Positions 1-13,636 of a stretch of DNA of 64,000 bases are shown piece after piece. The DNA comes from Cenococcum geophilum (taxonomy: Eukaryota), in NCBI GenBank assembly GCA_050273025.1, contig CP158635.1, forward strand, positions 30,752,001 to 30,816,000, read 5' to 3'. Positions within the stretch are counted from its first letter, which is position 1. Every line of letters starts with the position of its first letter. The notes beneath the pieces were generated by a model. It was not told the origin of the DNA. It made no database searches and saw nothing but the letters and a program-made list of their open reading frames with translations. The position numbers and the translations under genes were made by a program.

Positions 1-955
1 GCATTAATTTCGTTCTTATAACCTTTATATTGCTATTATAGCCCCTATAGGATGCTACGCCTCGTATAAAGTGTCTAGCGTAGTTATAATGTTATAATAT
101 AACTAGCAGGGAGCTAGTACCTAGAAGTTAGCTAATAATAGCTTAGTAATAGCGTTAGGCGCGCTATAAAACGTAAATAAATCCCTCTAAGCTAACTATC
201 TAACTGGCGTAAGGCAATGCCTGTCGAGAATTGGTTATTAATATGTTATTTAATATAGCCTTGTCCTACGTAAGGGGTTAGCTAATAATTAAAGGATTAG
301 CTAGCGATTGGCGGTTTTATTTAAAGCGATATAGATCCTTAATTAGCTAAAAGATATAGATAGTAGGTTATAATATAGACGGGTATACTAAGATGCGGAG
401 AACGGTTTAGAGGGTTTCTTATAACACTTACTGGCTAATCGCTTAGGGAGCTATATATACTCTTATTATAATAGAGCCTCTGCGGCGCTTATAAGTATAA
501 TATATAATTATCTTAGAGACGTTAAGGGCGATAGGACTTTAAGCTAGTCCTTACTCCTCCTAATATAGGTAGCTCCCTTTTACTACCCCCTATAACTAAG
601 CTTCTATACTAGGATGCGGCATTTATATAGGTTCCTTACAATCCTACCTTAGGCGGCGTTATTAGCAGCAGTATATAAAATAACACTCTTTAGCTTAGAG
701 AGGTAGCTATTTATTTTAACTTCCGGACTAGCTCCTATCCTTATAACTAGAGAAGCTAGCAGATCTCAGCACTAGAATGGTCTCCTCTTTTAGCACTCTT
801 TTACTTACTCCTTTACTTCCTCCTATAAAATATATTCCTTATATTCCTCTAATACTTAAGCCTAAGACGAAATCTAAGGCTAAGCCTAAGGCGAAGCCTA
901 AAATAACGGAGCCTAACCTTAGTAAAGCTGGCTCCCTTAAATGTAATAGAGAGTA
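1..955 (+). pseudogene. 5' part of a RIP-degraded gene interrupted by the Gypsy insertion; continues at 11596
   Basis: Frame of ORF 777..1019 extends back to the window start with only TAA/TAG stops (RIP type); Gypsy TSD GAGTA/AAGTA joins it to 11596 onward. Confidence 0.55.
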
Positions 956-1379
956 TATTACGGACGCTTTGAGTACAATATTACCACTACTTAAAAGAGA
1001 GTCGGAAGAAGCTAGTTAGTTAATTTAAGTACGGTCTAAGATGGAGCCAATAGAGCTATATGACGAGGAATGGTAACTAAGGTCATATAATATAATCTAT
1101 ATAATCTATAGGATCTATATAATCCGCGACAGAGCAGATAAAGTATACGTATATTATATATAAGGAGGATTTTATAGGAGTACGGTTGTGTATTTAAGGA
1201 CCCTTAGTCCCTACCTGGATAGTTCTTTCCTTATAGTAATTCTTAGAATATAATTGGAGTTAATTTATTAGGCAACCACCCCACCAGTTATTATTACATT
1301 ATTAACTTTAATTTGCGTTACCTATATACCTAGCCCATTAACGAGCCTACCGTAGTACTTCCTATAAGGTTCCGTTATA
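956..1379 (+). repeat. 5' LTR of Gypsy element 1
   Basis: Direct repeat of 11167-11590; TG..CA termini mutated to TA..TA. Confidence 0.95.
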
Positions 1380-2530
1380 TAATTACTACCAGGTTACGGT
1401 ACTAAATATAGAAAGTTAAATAATATGCCACTAAAAGTAGCCACTATAACGCTATTAACGGCGGCAACTACTTTAAGGTTAACTAATAACACTAGTATAG
1501 TAGATACTAACTTATAGCAACCTATAACGGTTAGACAGTTATAAGCAATAGTTAACTAACTAATGGAAAATAATATAGTACTAGAAAATAGAGTTAATGG
1601 AATAAGAGTAGTAAAGATTAAGTTACTATTAATTAAAAGATACTTAGGAGAAAGATTAAAGCTTAAAGAATTCCTTACGTAAATGTACTTTAAGGTTATG
1701 TAAGAGGGGGCTAAGTTACTAACACCTATAGACCAATCGTATATGCAGGACTATTCCTATTAGAAAGGGTACTTAAGTAGTTTAAGTTTTACCTTACGGA
1801 GATATAAGTAAACGGGATAATAACTACTAATTAGGAGGTACGATTTATATTTATAAGCTAAGAAGGGTTCGCGGAATAACTTATATAAATATTTAAAGAC
1901 CTAGAGGAGACAACTACGGCAGAAAGAAAACTTTAAAATATTATATAATAAACCTTAGCAATTAAGTATATAACGTAGTTCTAGACGCTAGCTATATAAG
2001 TTAAGTATAATAATAGGGCGCTTATAACATAGTATAAATAGGGACTTAAGGCTAAAGTTTAGGACGTAATTATCCTAATAGAAGATATGAACACCCTAAG
2101 GGAGCTAATAGATTAAGCGATTAAGATTAATAATTAGATCTACTAAAGGGAACAGGCTAAAAAGGGTTAGGATAGAGTTCTATAGTTATATAAGGCGTAA
2201 AGTACGTAATAACTAAAGCTAAATTAGAAACTATAGTACGGCGTAGAGCTAATAGACCTAAGTAATACTAAAGAAACCTATAAAAGGAGTAAGAAACTAT
2301 AGAAACCTAAAGGTTAAGGATTTAGTAATTATAGGACTGGGGAGCAGAGGCTAAACTAGGGATCTTAGCAGCAAAAGGCGTTTAGGCGGACTCTATAGTA
2401 AAGTTAATAGTTTAAGGACGGAGCTTATATAAATTATAAAAAATAAGGTTATTTTATAAGGGATTATAAAGATAGTTAGAGTTACTATATAATAAAGGGA
2501 ACTAGACTAGTAAAAGACATATATATATAG

Positions 2531-5357
2531 TAGTAGTTCTTTAATTAACGTCTGATACGGATCCTATCTAGGCCCACGCAGACTACTCCGTCATAGGGGG
2601 AAAACTTATATATTTATAGGAAGAAAACCCTGCAGTTGGGTTAGGGGAGGAAAAACCCTATAAGCTATCTTAGTAGGATGAAAAACCCCGATTTGCTATG
2701 TCCGTCTATAGCGGCGGCCCTATAGGCCTACGGCTACGTCCTATCTCCTTAGATGTTTTAAACTCCTTAGGTACCACTACTTCCCTCTCTAGCTTATTCT
2801 AAGCTAGGGTTTACTACGTCCTAGCTAGGCCTTGCCGATCGATCGCCGTATATTATTATTGTCGTTTCCCATATTATTAACCGTCCCCTATATGCTATCT
2901 CTTATTAACTATTACTATATACGCCATACCTCCCCCCCCCTAGGGCCTATTGAAGGCGTAAGGGGGATTTATCTATTCTAACTACCTAATACTAAATAGC
3001 GAGCGAGATGTGTGTGTGTGTACTCTGGGTATCTTTTATGCCTAGGCCCTGGTTGCTAGGCCCTCTATAAGGGTCACCACTCCGTTAAGAGAAGATGAGG
3101 ATAACCATGTCTTGTGGTCCGGCTGCCAGTTAGTACGGTAGTAAGGTAGCGAGTGACTGTATGCTCCGCGGGCGATCGCCTTAGGGGTTAAGAGGGGCCG
3201 TATATTTGCTTATTCGTTTGTTTATCTACGTTTATTTGTTAATATAAGGTTATTAATGCTTTTAATTGGGGGTCAAGGGACGTTGGATTCCGTATATATC
3301 CGCGAGGATTATATAGGGTTAGAATAGGAGAATAGTGTAGTAGCTGAATTGTAGAGGGCCAACAGTAGTGGTTTTCGAGATCTCACCTTCTGAAAAATTT
3401 TCACCACCGCCTATAACGCTCACAACCACCACTAGGTCCTACCCGCAGCTATACAATATCTCTACGTTGGCTCTACTAAGTCCAAAGACCAGTAGGTTTA
3501 TAGGCCTCACCATATATAGGTGTAGAGTCTGATTTTAAGGCAGGTAGTTATATAGTAGAGTTTGACATGCCTGCTTATCCAGGCCTCTACCTTAGTTTTC
3601 AAGTAGCTTTCCCTTACTAAGCCTAAGGGCCTAGGGCTTTCTATAAGTAGTTAGCTGCCACCACTAATAACACGGGGAATTTCACCAGTTCTCTCGGGTA
3701 TCTTATAATAGGTTATTAGCCTAAGTACTAGTCTACCCCCCAGCAGTCTATATAAGAGTCTCCTCCTAAAGTTGGTACGCTTTTGCACGGCTTAGAAGCC
3801 TTCTATAGCCTCTAGTTTTACACCTCTTATTATTGTTTCCGCCGGTATGGGTATAAGCTACTATTTACAGGGGTTGTAACTCCTGTCTTACGCGCCTACT
3901 AACGTAATCCTATAAGGGCGTTATAGCTATATCCTGTAATGTAGAAGCCTTAGGTACCTTTTATAGTTAAGGCCTAGCTAAAAGCCACTCCTGCCTAAGT
4001 AACTCCTATTTACTCCTTAAGCGTACCTCACTAGCGTACTGCCCTAGTGAGCAGCCGTACTGCCCTAGTGAGTAGCCGTACTGCCCTAGTAAGCAGTCCT
4101 ATCTATTAGTACACTAATACGCGTATCTATTCTCTTAAGTTACGTAGTAGTCTCTCTGGCTAGGACGTAATCCTACCTGCCTACTAGGTGTACTAGGGGT
4201 TAGAGCCTAGCTAAGGGGTAAGGTCCCTAGAGCTAGCAGTAGCTACTACATACTATACCCCGTAGGAGGCTAGTAGTAGTATAGGGGCGTAATACCCTAT
4301 ACTACTACTAGTTCCCGTTTCGCGTTGCCTATAAGAGTCTCTTTATAATAGGCCGACCGTATCTTATAGGAGGGGTTATAGATGCTTAGTCCCGCGCTAG
4401 GCGACCTACTCTACCCTCTCCTACTAACTAAGCTTATATCCCTCCATTTTATAAGCTAGCCTATATCTCTAACTTATTAAGTCCTTATATAACTGGCCTG
4501 TGTTTCTTTAGAGCCTCCCCTATATATATATACGCAGGTTGCGTGCACTACGCCTATTAAGACCCTTCTGTAAGTTACCTAGTCGAGCGCTATAGAGCCG
4601 TTAAAGCTAGCCTGTATTTCCGCTGCCTAGAGCTTTGCCTGTGTTTCCACCTTATTAAGCCGTCTAGTCGCCGTCGCATTGCCGTCGCGTTGCTATCGCG
4701 TCACTGTCGTCTAGGTCGCGTGTACCACGCCTATTAAGACCCTTTTCTAAGTCACCTGGGTGTACTGGATACCAGATAGGCCCTCGTAGAGGGGCCTTAA
4801 CGAGTTCTCTAGGCAGGGCCTTAATAAGTTCTTCGTGGTGGCCTTGGGGCCTTAATAAGTTTTATATAATTCTGCGACACGTTAACCTTAACAAGTTCTT
4901 ATAAAAAGGGGTTCCCTACACCTTCGCCGCGTCCCTTTACGATCTCAGAGCTTGTGTAAGCCCAAGGGTGTCCTATTATACGACTAGGACGCGTCTATGT
5001 CGACTAACTAGATAATAAGGCCAGTTTCGGGCCTGGCTACAAGCTAGGTAGTCGTATATTGGGTGGTTTTCGTATCCCAGTTTCCCTTAATAGGCCTCCC
5101 TAGGTGGTAGAGCAAGAGCCTCATGCGGAGGCAGTAAGGCTCCTAGTGTTGTTAAGGGTGATGCTTTATACGGTGGTACGCATCGCGAGCTTAACACCAC
5201 AGAACCACGACGACAGCGCGCTGCATGCGCTGCGACGGCTCCCTATCATCGCCTCTGCACTTAGCCATCAAAAGGAACGATTTCCTAATGATGTTTCCAC
5301 CCGCGGCGACGTAGATGTATATAGTAGGGCTTTACGGGCAGACATATATATATATAG
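2531..5357. mobile_element. Unclassified 2.8-kb insertion in gag flanked by AGAC(AT)nAG direct repeats
   Basis: AGACATATATATATAG at 2515-2530 and AGACATATATATATATAG at 5340-5357; removing it restores the gag frame (KGTRLVKDIYI*RDNSIL*GIKECLIKSF); no TIR or LTR seen. Confidence 0.8.
4036..4097 (+). repeat. 21-bp tandem repeat x3 (GTACTGCCCTAGTGAGCAGCC)
   Basis: Directly visible. Confidence 0.9.
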
Positions 5358-8300
5358 AGGGATAATAGTATACTATAAGGAATAAAAGAATGTTTAATTA
5401 AAAGTTTTACGTTTTATTATAATAACGTATACTAAATTTATAAGGACGCTAAGTATAGCGTAAGCTATTAGCCGTAGGAGCTAAAATTCTTAAAGTGTAG
5501 AGGAACTAATAAACTAGTTCGCAGATTGGATATTAAAGATAATAAATTTAACGTAGGCGAAACATTTTATAATAATAAGGCGATAAGGGTAGCTTACTAG
5601 GAGTATATAGACCTTAGAGATGTTATAAAAAAAGTAAAGGATAATTCCACTACGGAATAGGGAACATTAGTAGGGATTAAGACCCTACTAGATATAATAT
5701 CTATCGCTTTACAAGATGTAAGAGAAGTAGGATAGTAAACCACTTTAGCACTTAATAAAGGCAAAAAGTTAAAGGCTTAAGATTTTTAAGACAAGATAAG
5801 AAATAACTAAGATTCTTAAGACGAGATAAAATATACCTAAGGACCTATAACGGATAGAAACCGATAGAGTAGGGTAATAGCTTAGTTTAAGAATATACGA
5901 ATAAGCTTAAGATAGAGTTTTTTTATAGGTATAAGACTTTTAAGATAAAATAAGTAAGATTTAAGACTCTTAAGATAAGATCAGAACACCTAAGCCTAGT
6001 TAAACTAAGGTAGGAGTAAAGCTTAAGTTAGAAGCAAGCTTAGGATTAAAAATTCTATAAAACTAAGATTTTGTAACACAAATAAAAACTATTTATAAGA
6101 TTAAAAAGTAAGAAGACTTTAAGGATCTACTTATAAGACGTAAAAAGAAAGAAACTATAGAGGAATTTAGAGTAAGAATTACCTTATAGCAAAACTAGAA
6201 ACTAGATAAGAAATCTAGTATACTAGGCCGTATAAGGGATAGAGTACCTATATAACAAATTACTAATAGGTCTAAAGTAGGTATACTAAGAGCTAAGTAG
6301 CTTACTAAACTAGAATAAAAAGAGGATCTAGGGATCCTAACTATGTTTAAAGAACGATATATAAAGAGCTATTACGACATAGTAATAAGAAGATACTTCC
6401 TTATGGATAAGCCGTATATACTTAAAGAGCTATACTAAAAGTGGTATAGGCAACAATATAATAATAAGTAGGAAGATTTTTATATATAGTTAGATGAGAA
6501 GGTTGTCTAGGACCACCTAATTATAGAAAAGGCTATAAATTATATTAAAGGAGCCTTAATTATGACGTTAAAAGATCTAGAGGAGTAATTAGAGGACTAG
6601 AAAAGTAAGAGGTAAGTCTTAGTACCTATAAACGAAGTTATAACGCTTAGATTAATATAAGAAAGGTTTAAACTTAAGGATAAAGACGAGCTAAGAGTTA
6701 ACCTAAGACACTAAGTATATTATATATATAGATAATGCGTATAATATATATAGAGCACCTAAAGGTAAGTACTAGAAGTACCTAGTAAGGATATATTAGG
6801 CACTAGATAAGACGAGATATAGGAACGCTAGGTATATATATAGTTAGTATTTAGTAGAAGTATAAAGCTAAGGGGACTTAATACTTTAGCTAAGAAGATT
6901 CCTTACAGAAGAATGCCTAAATAGATAATAGTAGTGGGAATACCTAGAGAATATATATTTATAGCATATTAAAGACAAAAAGCGAACTAAGTATTAGCTA
7001 AAAGTAGACTAAGTATAAATAGGACTAAGTAGCTAATAGTTAGGAAAAGTAGAAGCTTATAGGACTAAAGGGAACTAGTAATAGAGCCTTAGACCCTTAA
7101 AGGAATTTAATACCTAAATCTATAAGTTAAGTAGTAAGGTTATTAGTTTAAAGCATTAATAGATAGTAGAGTAATAAGGAACTATATCTTACTAGTAGCA
7201 GTTAAAAGAATTGGGTTACTATATAGGAAAAAGGAGTATTTTTACCTATTAGTGACAATTTTGGGAGATCTAATAGCTAATAGAGGGGGTATTATTAATC
7301 TTAAAACAGGACCTATTTAGTTAACTATTAAAGGAAGATAAATTAAGATATCTTTTAATATATTACTATTAGGGAATAATAAGGCAGGACTAAGAATACC
7401 TTAGTTACAGAAATACAATCTAAAGATTAATTAGATTATAGGTTAGGTCGATATTAGGGATACTTAATAATAAAAGATATAATAATAAGCTAAGTTAGTA
7501 TAGTACTAAGTAGGAGCGACTTATAAAAAAATAGAAAAAGGATTAAGTTACGTACTAAAGAGATACTATAAGTACTAGTATAGTAAGAAACTATAGTTAC
7601 TAAAAAGTGAAAAGCTGTTAAAATATATAGTATAGGACTATAAGATAGAATTAGAACTAGGAATAAGTTTAAGGTTCTTTCTAATCTATAAGCTTACTAA
7701 AGAGGAAGGTAGAGCATTAAAAGAGGTTATTTAAGAAATTTTATAAAAAGGATATATTAGACCATTGCAGTTATTAATAGGTTATCCAGTACTATTCGTA
7801 CTGAAAAAAAAATGGTAAACTAAGGCTGTGTATTAACTATAGATAGTTAAACAGCATTACTAGAAAGGATAGATATCCTTTACCCTTAATTAGCGAAATT
7901 TAAGATAGGATAGGTAATGCGTAAATCTTTATAAAGATAGATTTAAGATAGGCGTACCACTAGATTAGAATTAAGGAAGGCAATAAATAGAAGGCAGCCT
8001 TTAGGTTAAAGGAAGGACTATATAAACTATTAGTTATATAATTTAGGCTTATAAATATACTAATAATATTCCAGAAGCGTATTAATAATGTATTAGAAGA
8101 GTACTTAGATAAATTTATTATAGTATATCTTAACAATATTATTATCTACTTAATAACTAAAGAAGAGTATAGAGAATACATTAAATAGGTTTTAAAGAGA
8201 CTATAAGAGGAACAGATGCTAGTAGTAATTAAAAAATACGAGTTCTTTACTAGAAAAACCGATTTTATTAAATTTATTATTAAACTAAGCTAACATAGTA

Positions 8301-10449
8301 TAGATCTAAAAAAGATTAAGGCTATAGTAAATTAGTAAGAACTAGAGAACGTTATATAGTTAAAATTATTTCTAAGGTTTTGCAATTACTATAGAAGGTT
8401 TATAGTATAATAGTTAAAGGATATTAAACTATTTACGCGACTAATAAAGAAAGAAGAACTATAGGTATGGGGAGAGGAATAGTAAGAATTATTTAAGAAA
8501 GTTAAAGAATTGTTTACCTAGGAGCTAGTTCTTAAGATCTATTAACTAAAACTAGAAACGGTTATAGAAATAGATATATTAGACTATATACTAGGGGTAT
8601 ACTTTATATAAAAATATTAAGATAAATAGCACTTAGTAGTATACTATAGTTAAAAGATAATACTACTAAAATTAAACTATAACATCTGTAATAAGGAGTT
8701 ATTAGGTATAATTATAGTATTAAAGAAATAAAGAGCATTCTTATAAGGCATAAAGAAACTATTTATAGTTAAAATAGATTATAAGAACCTAACGGGATTT
8801 CTAATAATAAAGGAACTTAACTAAAGGTAAGTTAGATAGGTAGAGATGCTTATAGAATACTATTTCAAGATTTAGTATACTAAGGGTATAGACAATATAT
8901 AGGTAGATACTTTAAGTTAAAAAGCTAAACTATAAAATAATAAAAAGCTATTAAAGGCTTTACTATAAAAAGATATAGACGGACTAATTAGGTATAATTA
9001 TCTAAAACTTATAATAACTTAAGAGGAACTAAATAGAGTTTATAAGTTACTAAAAAGCTTTTAGGTATAAAAGATTTTAAAAGTATAGCTAAAAGACCTA
9101 TAGATAGATATATACGAAAATTAAGAAGTAAAGTATATCCTAAAAAGTATAGTAGAGCACTTTATAGAAGACTTCTATAGGGGAATAACTTAAGGATATA
9201 ATAGAGCTATAGGCTTAGTGTTAAGACTCTAAGAGAAGTATATTATTAATAAAATCTAGGGCTTAGTACGAAAAGTTATAAAGGAATATCTAAATTACTA
9301 AAAAAATAAACTAATAAGGCATAGGCTATATAGAGGGCTACAACCTATTAAAATACTAGAAAGACTATAGGAGGTTATATTATAGGACTTTATTATTAAG
9401 TTACTAAAATTAAGAGATCCTATTACCGGATAAGATTATAAGGCAATTTTAATAATAGTAGATAAGCTTATAAAGTGGGGATACTTTATAGCATATACAG
9501 AAGAAATATTAATAGAAGATGTCGCTAGAATCTATATTAAAGAAGTATTTATAAAATATGGAGCACTAAGTAAGATTATATTAGATAGAGATTTAAGATT
9601 TATAGTAGTATTCTAGGAGGTATTTTTAGCGGAATAAGAAGTTAGAGTAGTAACTTCTACCGTATATTATCCGTAGATAGATAGTTAAATAGAAAGATTA
9701 AATTAGACACTAGAGTAGTATCTAAGACACTATATTAATTATACACAGAATAATTAGGTATTATTATTACTAGTTATATAGTTTATATATAATATAACAC
9801 TATAAAAAGGAATAGGTATATTACTATTTAAGGTAAATTATAGATACGAGCTAAGAATATTATTATTACTATAGTAAGTAAAGAAAATAAGTAGTACAGC
9901 TAAAGAAAGAATAAAGATACTAATAAATCTTTATATAGACCTTATAAAATTAATAAAAACAGTATAAGAAAGAATAACAAGGTACTATAATATTAAGAGA
10001 TCTAAGGGACCAGATCTTAAGGAGGGAGATAAAGTATAGCTACTATATAAATTTTTTAAGAGTTAACAACTAAGTAAAAGGTTAGACTATGTTAAACTAG
10101 GACCTTTTAAAATTATATAAAGAATTTTACTAATTACGTTTAGACTAGAACTACTAGCTAAAATAAAGATTTACCCTATATAGCATATCGCGATACTAGA
10201 GCTAGTATATTGGAATATTAAGCTACTAGTCTACAAGGCAGATACGTATAGAGAATAGGAAGAAGATAAACAGTAAGTTTTAAAGATTATTAGTTATAAG
10301 GACATTAATAATAAAATATAGTATAAAGTTAAATAGATAGGCTATAATAAGACTACTTAGGAGCTACTAAAGAATTTAAAAAACATTATAGGAAAGGTAC
10401 AGAAGTATTAGAAGAGATTAGGTCAGGTAGTATTAATAAAAAAGGATCG

Positions 10450-11058
10450 CTAAAGAATAAGTCACCTAAGGGGGATCTAAAAAGAGCAGTTGCCGAGCTA
10501 CTTGGATTTATTTCCTTCTTAGTTAGAGGAGAATCTATTTTTTTATTACTAAGTTCCTATAGACCCTATTTTATAAGTTTCTACTCCTTAAAACGAACCT
10601 TTTTATAACCTGTTTTAAGACGGATTAACCAAGCGGACGCTATAAGACGAGACTTAAGGGCCCGTTGCTAAGCATTAGCAGCTTCCTATTTAGTATTATA
10701 AGATTAGCGTAACTCTGCTAGGGTAATAGACAGTTTATTATCTAGCTGCGTAATAGTAAATTAAATATAAGACCCTAAAACAAATTAATTAGAGAACTAA
10801 ACAACTATTAAAAGTAATAGGCCGCGTATATTTAGCATTAGAAATAGAGTAAATATTATAAAATAAATAAATATTTGCTTTAGTATACTTTAAGCAAAAG
10901 GACGGTTATTATAAAGATAGGTTCGCCAACGCAATATAAACTAACTCTTCTTTTAAACAGCGAGAATACGGAAACGGTATAATCTCACTAAGAGACAATA
11001 TTGCAGCAATAGTGCGAATATAACAAACGGTTAAGGAAAAAGAAAATACTTTAGGTAT
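10450..11058 (-). pseudogene. Antisense accessory ORF of the Gypsy element with a Zn(II)2Cys6-like Cys cluster followed by a coiled-coil-like segment
   Basis: Minus strand reads IAAILSLSEIIPFPYSRCLKEELVYIALANLSL**PSFCLKYTKANIYLFY; TAT->TGT reversal gives C-x2-C-x6-C-x13-C-x2-C-x8-C. Confidence 0.6.
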
Positions 11059-11166
11059 AATAAGTAACAATATTAACTAAATTAATTAGATGGATATTAT
11101 ACCTCTAGTAAACAACTTAAAGATACTTAGAATCTTTAAGGACAAAGATAAAAAGAATGGAGATAG

Positions 11167-11590
11167 TGTTACGGACGCTTTAAGTACAATATTATAACTA
11201 CTTAAAAAAGAGTTAAAAGAAGCTAGTTAGTTAATTTAAACACGGTCTAAAATAGAGCTAATAGAGCTATATAATAAGGATTGGTAACTAAAGTTATATA
11301 ATATAATCTATATAATCTATAGGATCTATATAATCCGCAATAAAGTAAATAAAGCACACGTATATTACGTATAAGGAGGATTTTATAAGAGTATAGTTGT
11401 GTATTTAAGGACCCTTAGTCCCTACCTAGATAGTTCCTTCCTTATAGTAATTCTTAGAATATAATTAGAGTTAATCTATTAGGCAACCACTCCACTAGTT
11501 ATTATTATATTATTAACTTTAATTTGCGTCACCTATATACCTAGCCTATTAACAAGCCCACTATAGTACTTCCTATAAGGTTCCGTTACA
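11167..11590 (+). repeat. 3' LTR of Gypsy element 1
   Basis: TGTTACGG...CCGTTACA, matches 956-1379. Confidence 0.95.
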
Positions 11591-11595
11591 AAGTA

Positions 11596-13636
11596 GGCTA
11601 ATATTAATAACTTCTTAACTAATCTACTAAACTCTAAAGCGTTGTGTTCTCTAGATCTAGGACTACTAGCTCTAGTAAGAGCTATTAATCCTTTAGGTTT
11701 ACTATATTAAGGTATTATTTACGTCTTAAACGGTATAAGATAATAAATATTAGCTAATATATGTGTGTAGACGGCGAAGGTAGTCTTAGCCCCATTTCTC
11801 TATAGATACTATATAGTTACCAGCCTAGCTAAAAAGGGGCTGACTAGGCTATAGGTGTTAAGGAGATAAACTTAGCTATAGATGGGTTGTTTAACGGAAG
11901 CAGTCTAGGTAGGTATATTAATAGTATTATAGCTTTTATTTACTAATTAATAATAGAATTTCCTTTAGTTTTAAAGGATAATATAGTTAGAGTAAGCTAT
12001 AGTATAGGGGATATTTAATCTAGTGGCGGGTTGCTAGAATATTAGAATAACGGTCTAGATATAGCTAGTATACGCGCCCCCTCTATAGAGAATACCGGAG
12101 GCGTATATAATAGTAAGTAATCTTCCTACAGACTTATAAAGTCCCTATTTTAATGTGTTTAAAGATAATTTACTAGAGTGGGACGAACCTCTCTATAAGG
12201 GTCTAGGTATAATAAGTTAACTATTTATAATATATAAGTAGAAGTATACTTTATCTATTAATACGGCTATCTCCTTTATAGAAGTGCTAGACTTAACCTT
12301 AGAACCAGCTCTAGAAGACTTATATTTAGTAAAGCGGCGGAGGCTAGTCTAGCTATAGGTAGAGAGCCTTATATCTAGTCCTATATATATACTAAAGTTA
12401 ACGCCACCGCCGGGCTATAGTAGCCTAATTTCGCCTTTTAGAACTAGTAATAATTTAAATACTAGTAACCTAGACGGTGGTAATAAAGATAATAACGCTA
12501 ATATCCCAGACTTACCTTAAAGTAATATCCTTAATTTAGTAAATAGTGGGGATAGTAAATACTAAGGACATAGGCTAGATATAGGGCCGCTAGAGCCCTT
12601 AAGATAATTAGTCTCTCTATATAGATAAACGGAGGGCGATTAATATATTAGTAAGGATATATATATAGGTAAAGATAAAAGTAATAGCAGCGATAGTGAG
12701 GTTAGGGAGAGCGGTAAGGACGACCTTAATAGCGGCTAGGAGGTGTCCTATAGGGCTAGTGCAGTAACTTTATAGCGATATAAATATAGCAATTGTCTAT
12801 TTTAGGATAAATGGCGCGGTCTAATGGGGGTAAGTCTTAAACGGCTTAATGGGAGTACGAGGCCTATAAGAATATTATAATATCTAAAGTTATTACTAAT
12901 ACGCCGCTACTTTAGATCTAAAGTAGATATTATAACTTAGCCTACCTCCCTTTAAATATTCTCTTTAGGAGCGAAGGTAGTATATAACTGCACCGTTAAC
13001 TATAGATAGTGCGACTATACGGACTATCGGCTAACCAATATTACCCTTTATTAGGTACTAGAATGCATAACATTAGTAACGGCGATTATCTATTAGAATA
13101 AGATAACGTTAAAGTTGTCTTTAAAACCGTTAATAATTATACGCGACTTGCTCAATAATGTAAGGCAACTTATCTGTATAATAAGGTTAATGTCGGATTT
13201 ATAGCTATTAGTAGGCTGTTGGTATAATAATACGCTAAAGGTATACGCTAGTCCGAGCTTAACGTAGTAAAGTAGTAACTATGCCGCTAGTAAAACTGGT
13301 ACGTGTAGTCCGCACGGCAAAGGTGCTAATAATAATGCTATTAGTCTAGATAATGATAAGGACAATAATAATAGAGATAACGATTTTGGGAATGGCAGCT
13401 AAAGCTTAAGCGGTAGTGATTTTAATACTAGCGCCACCACTAATAATAGGCGGCTTTATAGAGAGTATAGGCGCGTATAAGTCTAAACACGTTAGCCGTA
13501 GCTAGAGTTAGATAATTAGCGCTTACTCGCGTATAAGAATAAGATAGGTATAAAGTGGGATAATATATTTAGTCGCTTTTTAGATTAGACGCCAGGTATA
13601 GTATAGGCGCACTAGCATATATTATAAGGGAAGTAA
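11596..13636 (+). pseudogene. 3' part of RIP-degraded gene with a C-terminal Myb/SANT-like domain
   Basis: 13470-13636 de-RIPs to RTRRPWLESDDQRLLAYKNKMGMEWDDIFSRFPDRTPGAVQARWHMLQGK*, Myb-like W spacing; acidic low-complexity segments upstream. Confidence 0.7.

Larger units (their letters stand above)
1425..10450 (+). pseudogene. gag-pol of Gypsy element 1 (gag, Cys/His-rich spacer, PR, RT, RNase H, IN, chromodomain)
   Basis: Recognisable motifs in PR-RT-RH-IN-CHD order, many RIP stops. Confidence 0.9.
956..11590 (+). mobile_element. Ty3/Gypsy chromovirus LTR retrotransposon, full length, RIP-inactivated
   Basis: 424-bp LTRs 956-1379 and 11167-11590; TSD GAGTA(951-955)/AAGTA(11591-11595); purine tract before the 3' LTR; gag zinc knuckle ~2425-2470; protease ALIDS ~7150; RT (DRYPLPLI, VYLNN = YLDD ~8125); RNase H; integrase; chromodomain ~10260-10410. 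Confidence 0.95.

Noticed and set aside
5104..5385. 93-aa ORF
   Set aside because: GTG start, crosses the insertion boundary into gag out of frame, no domain
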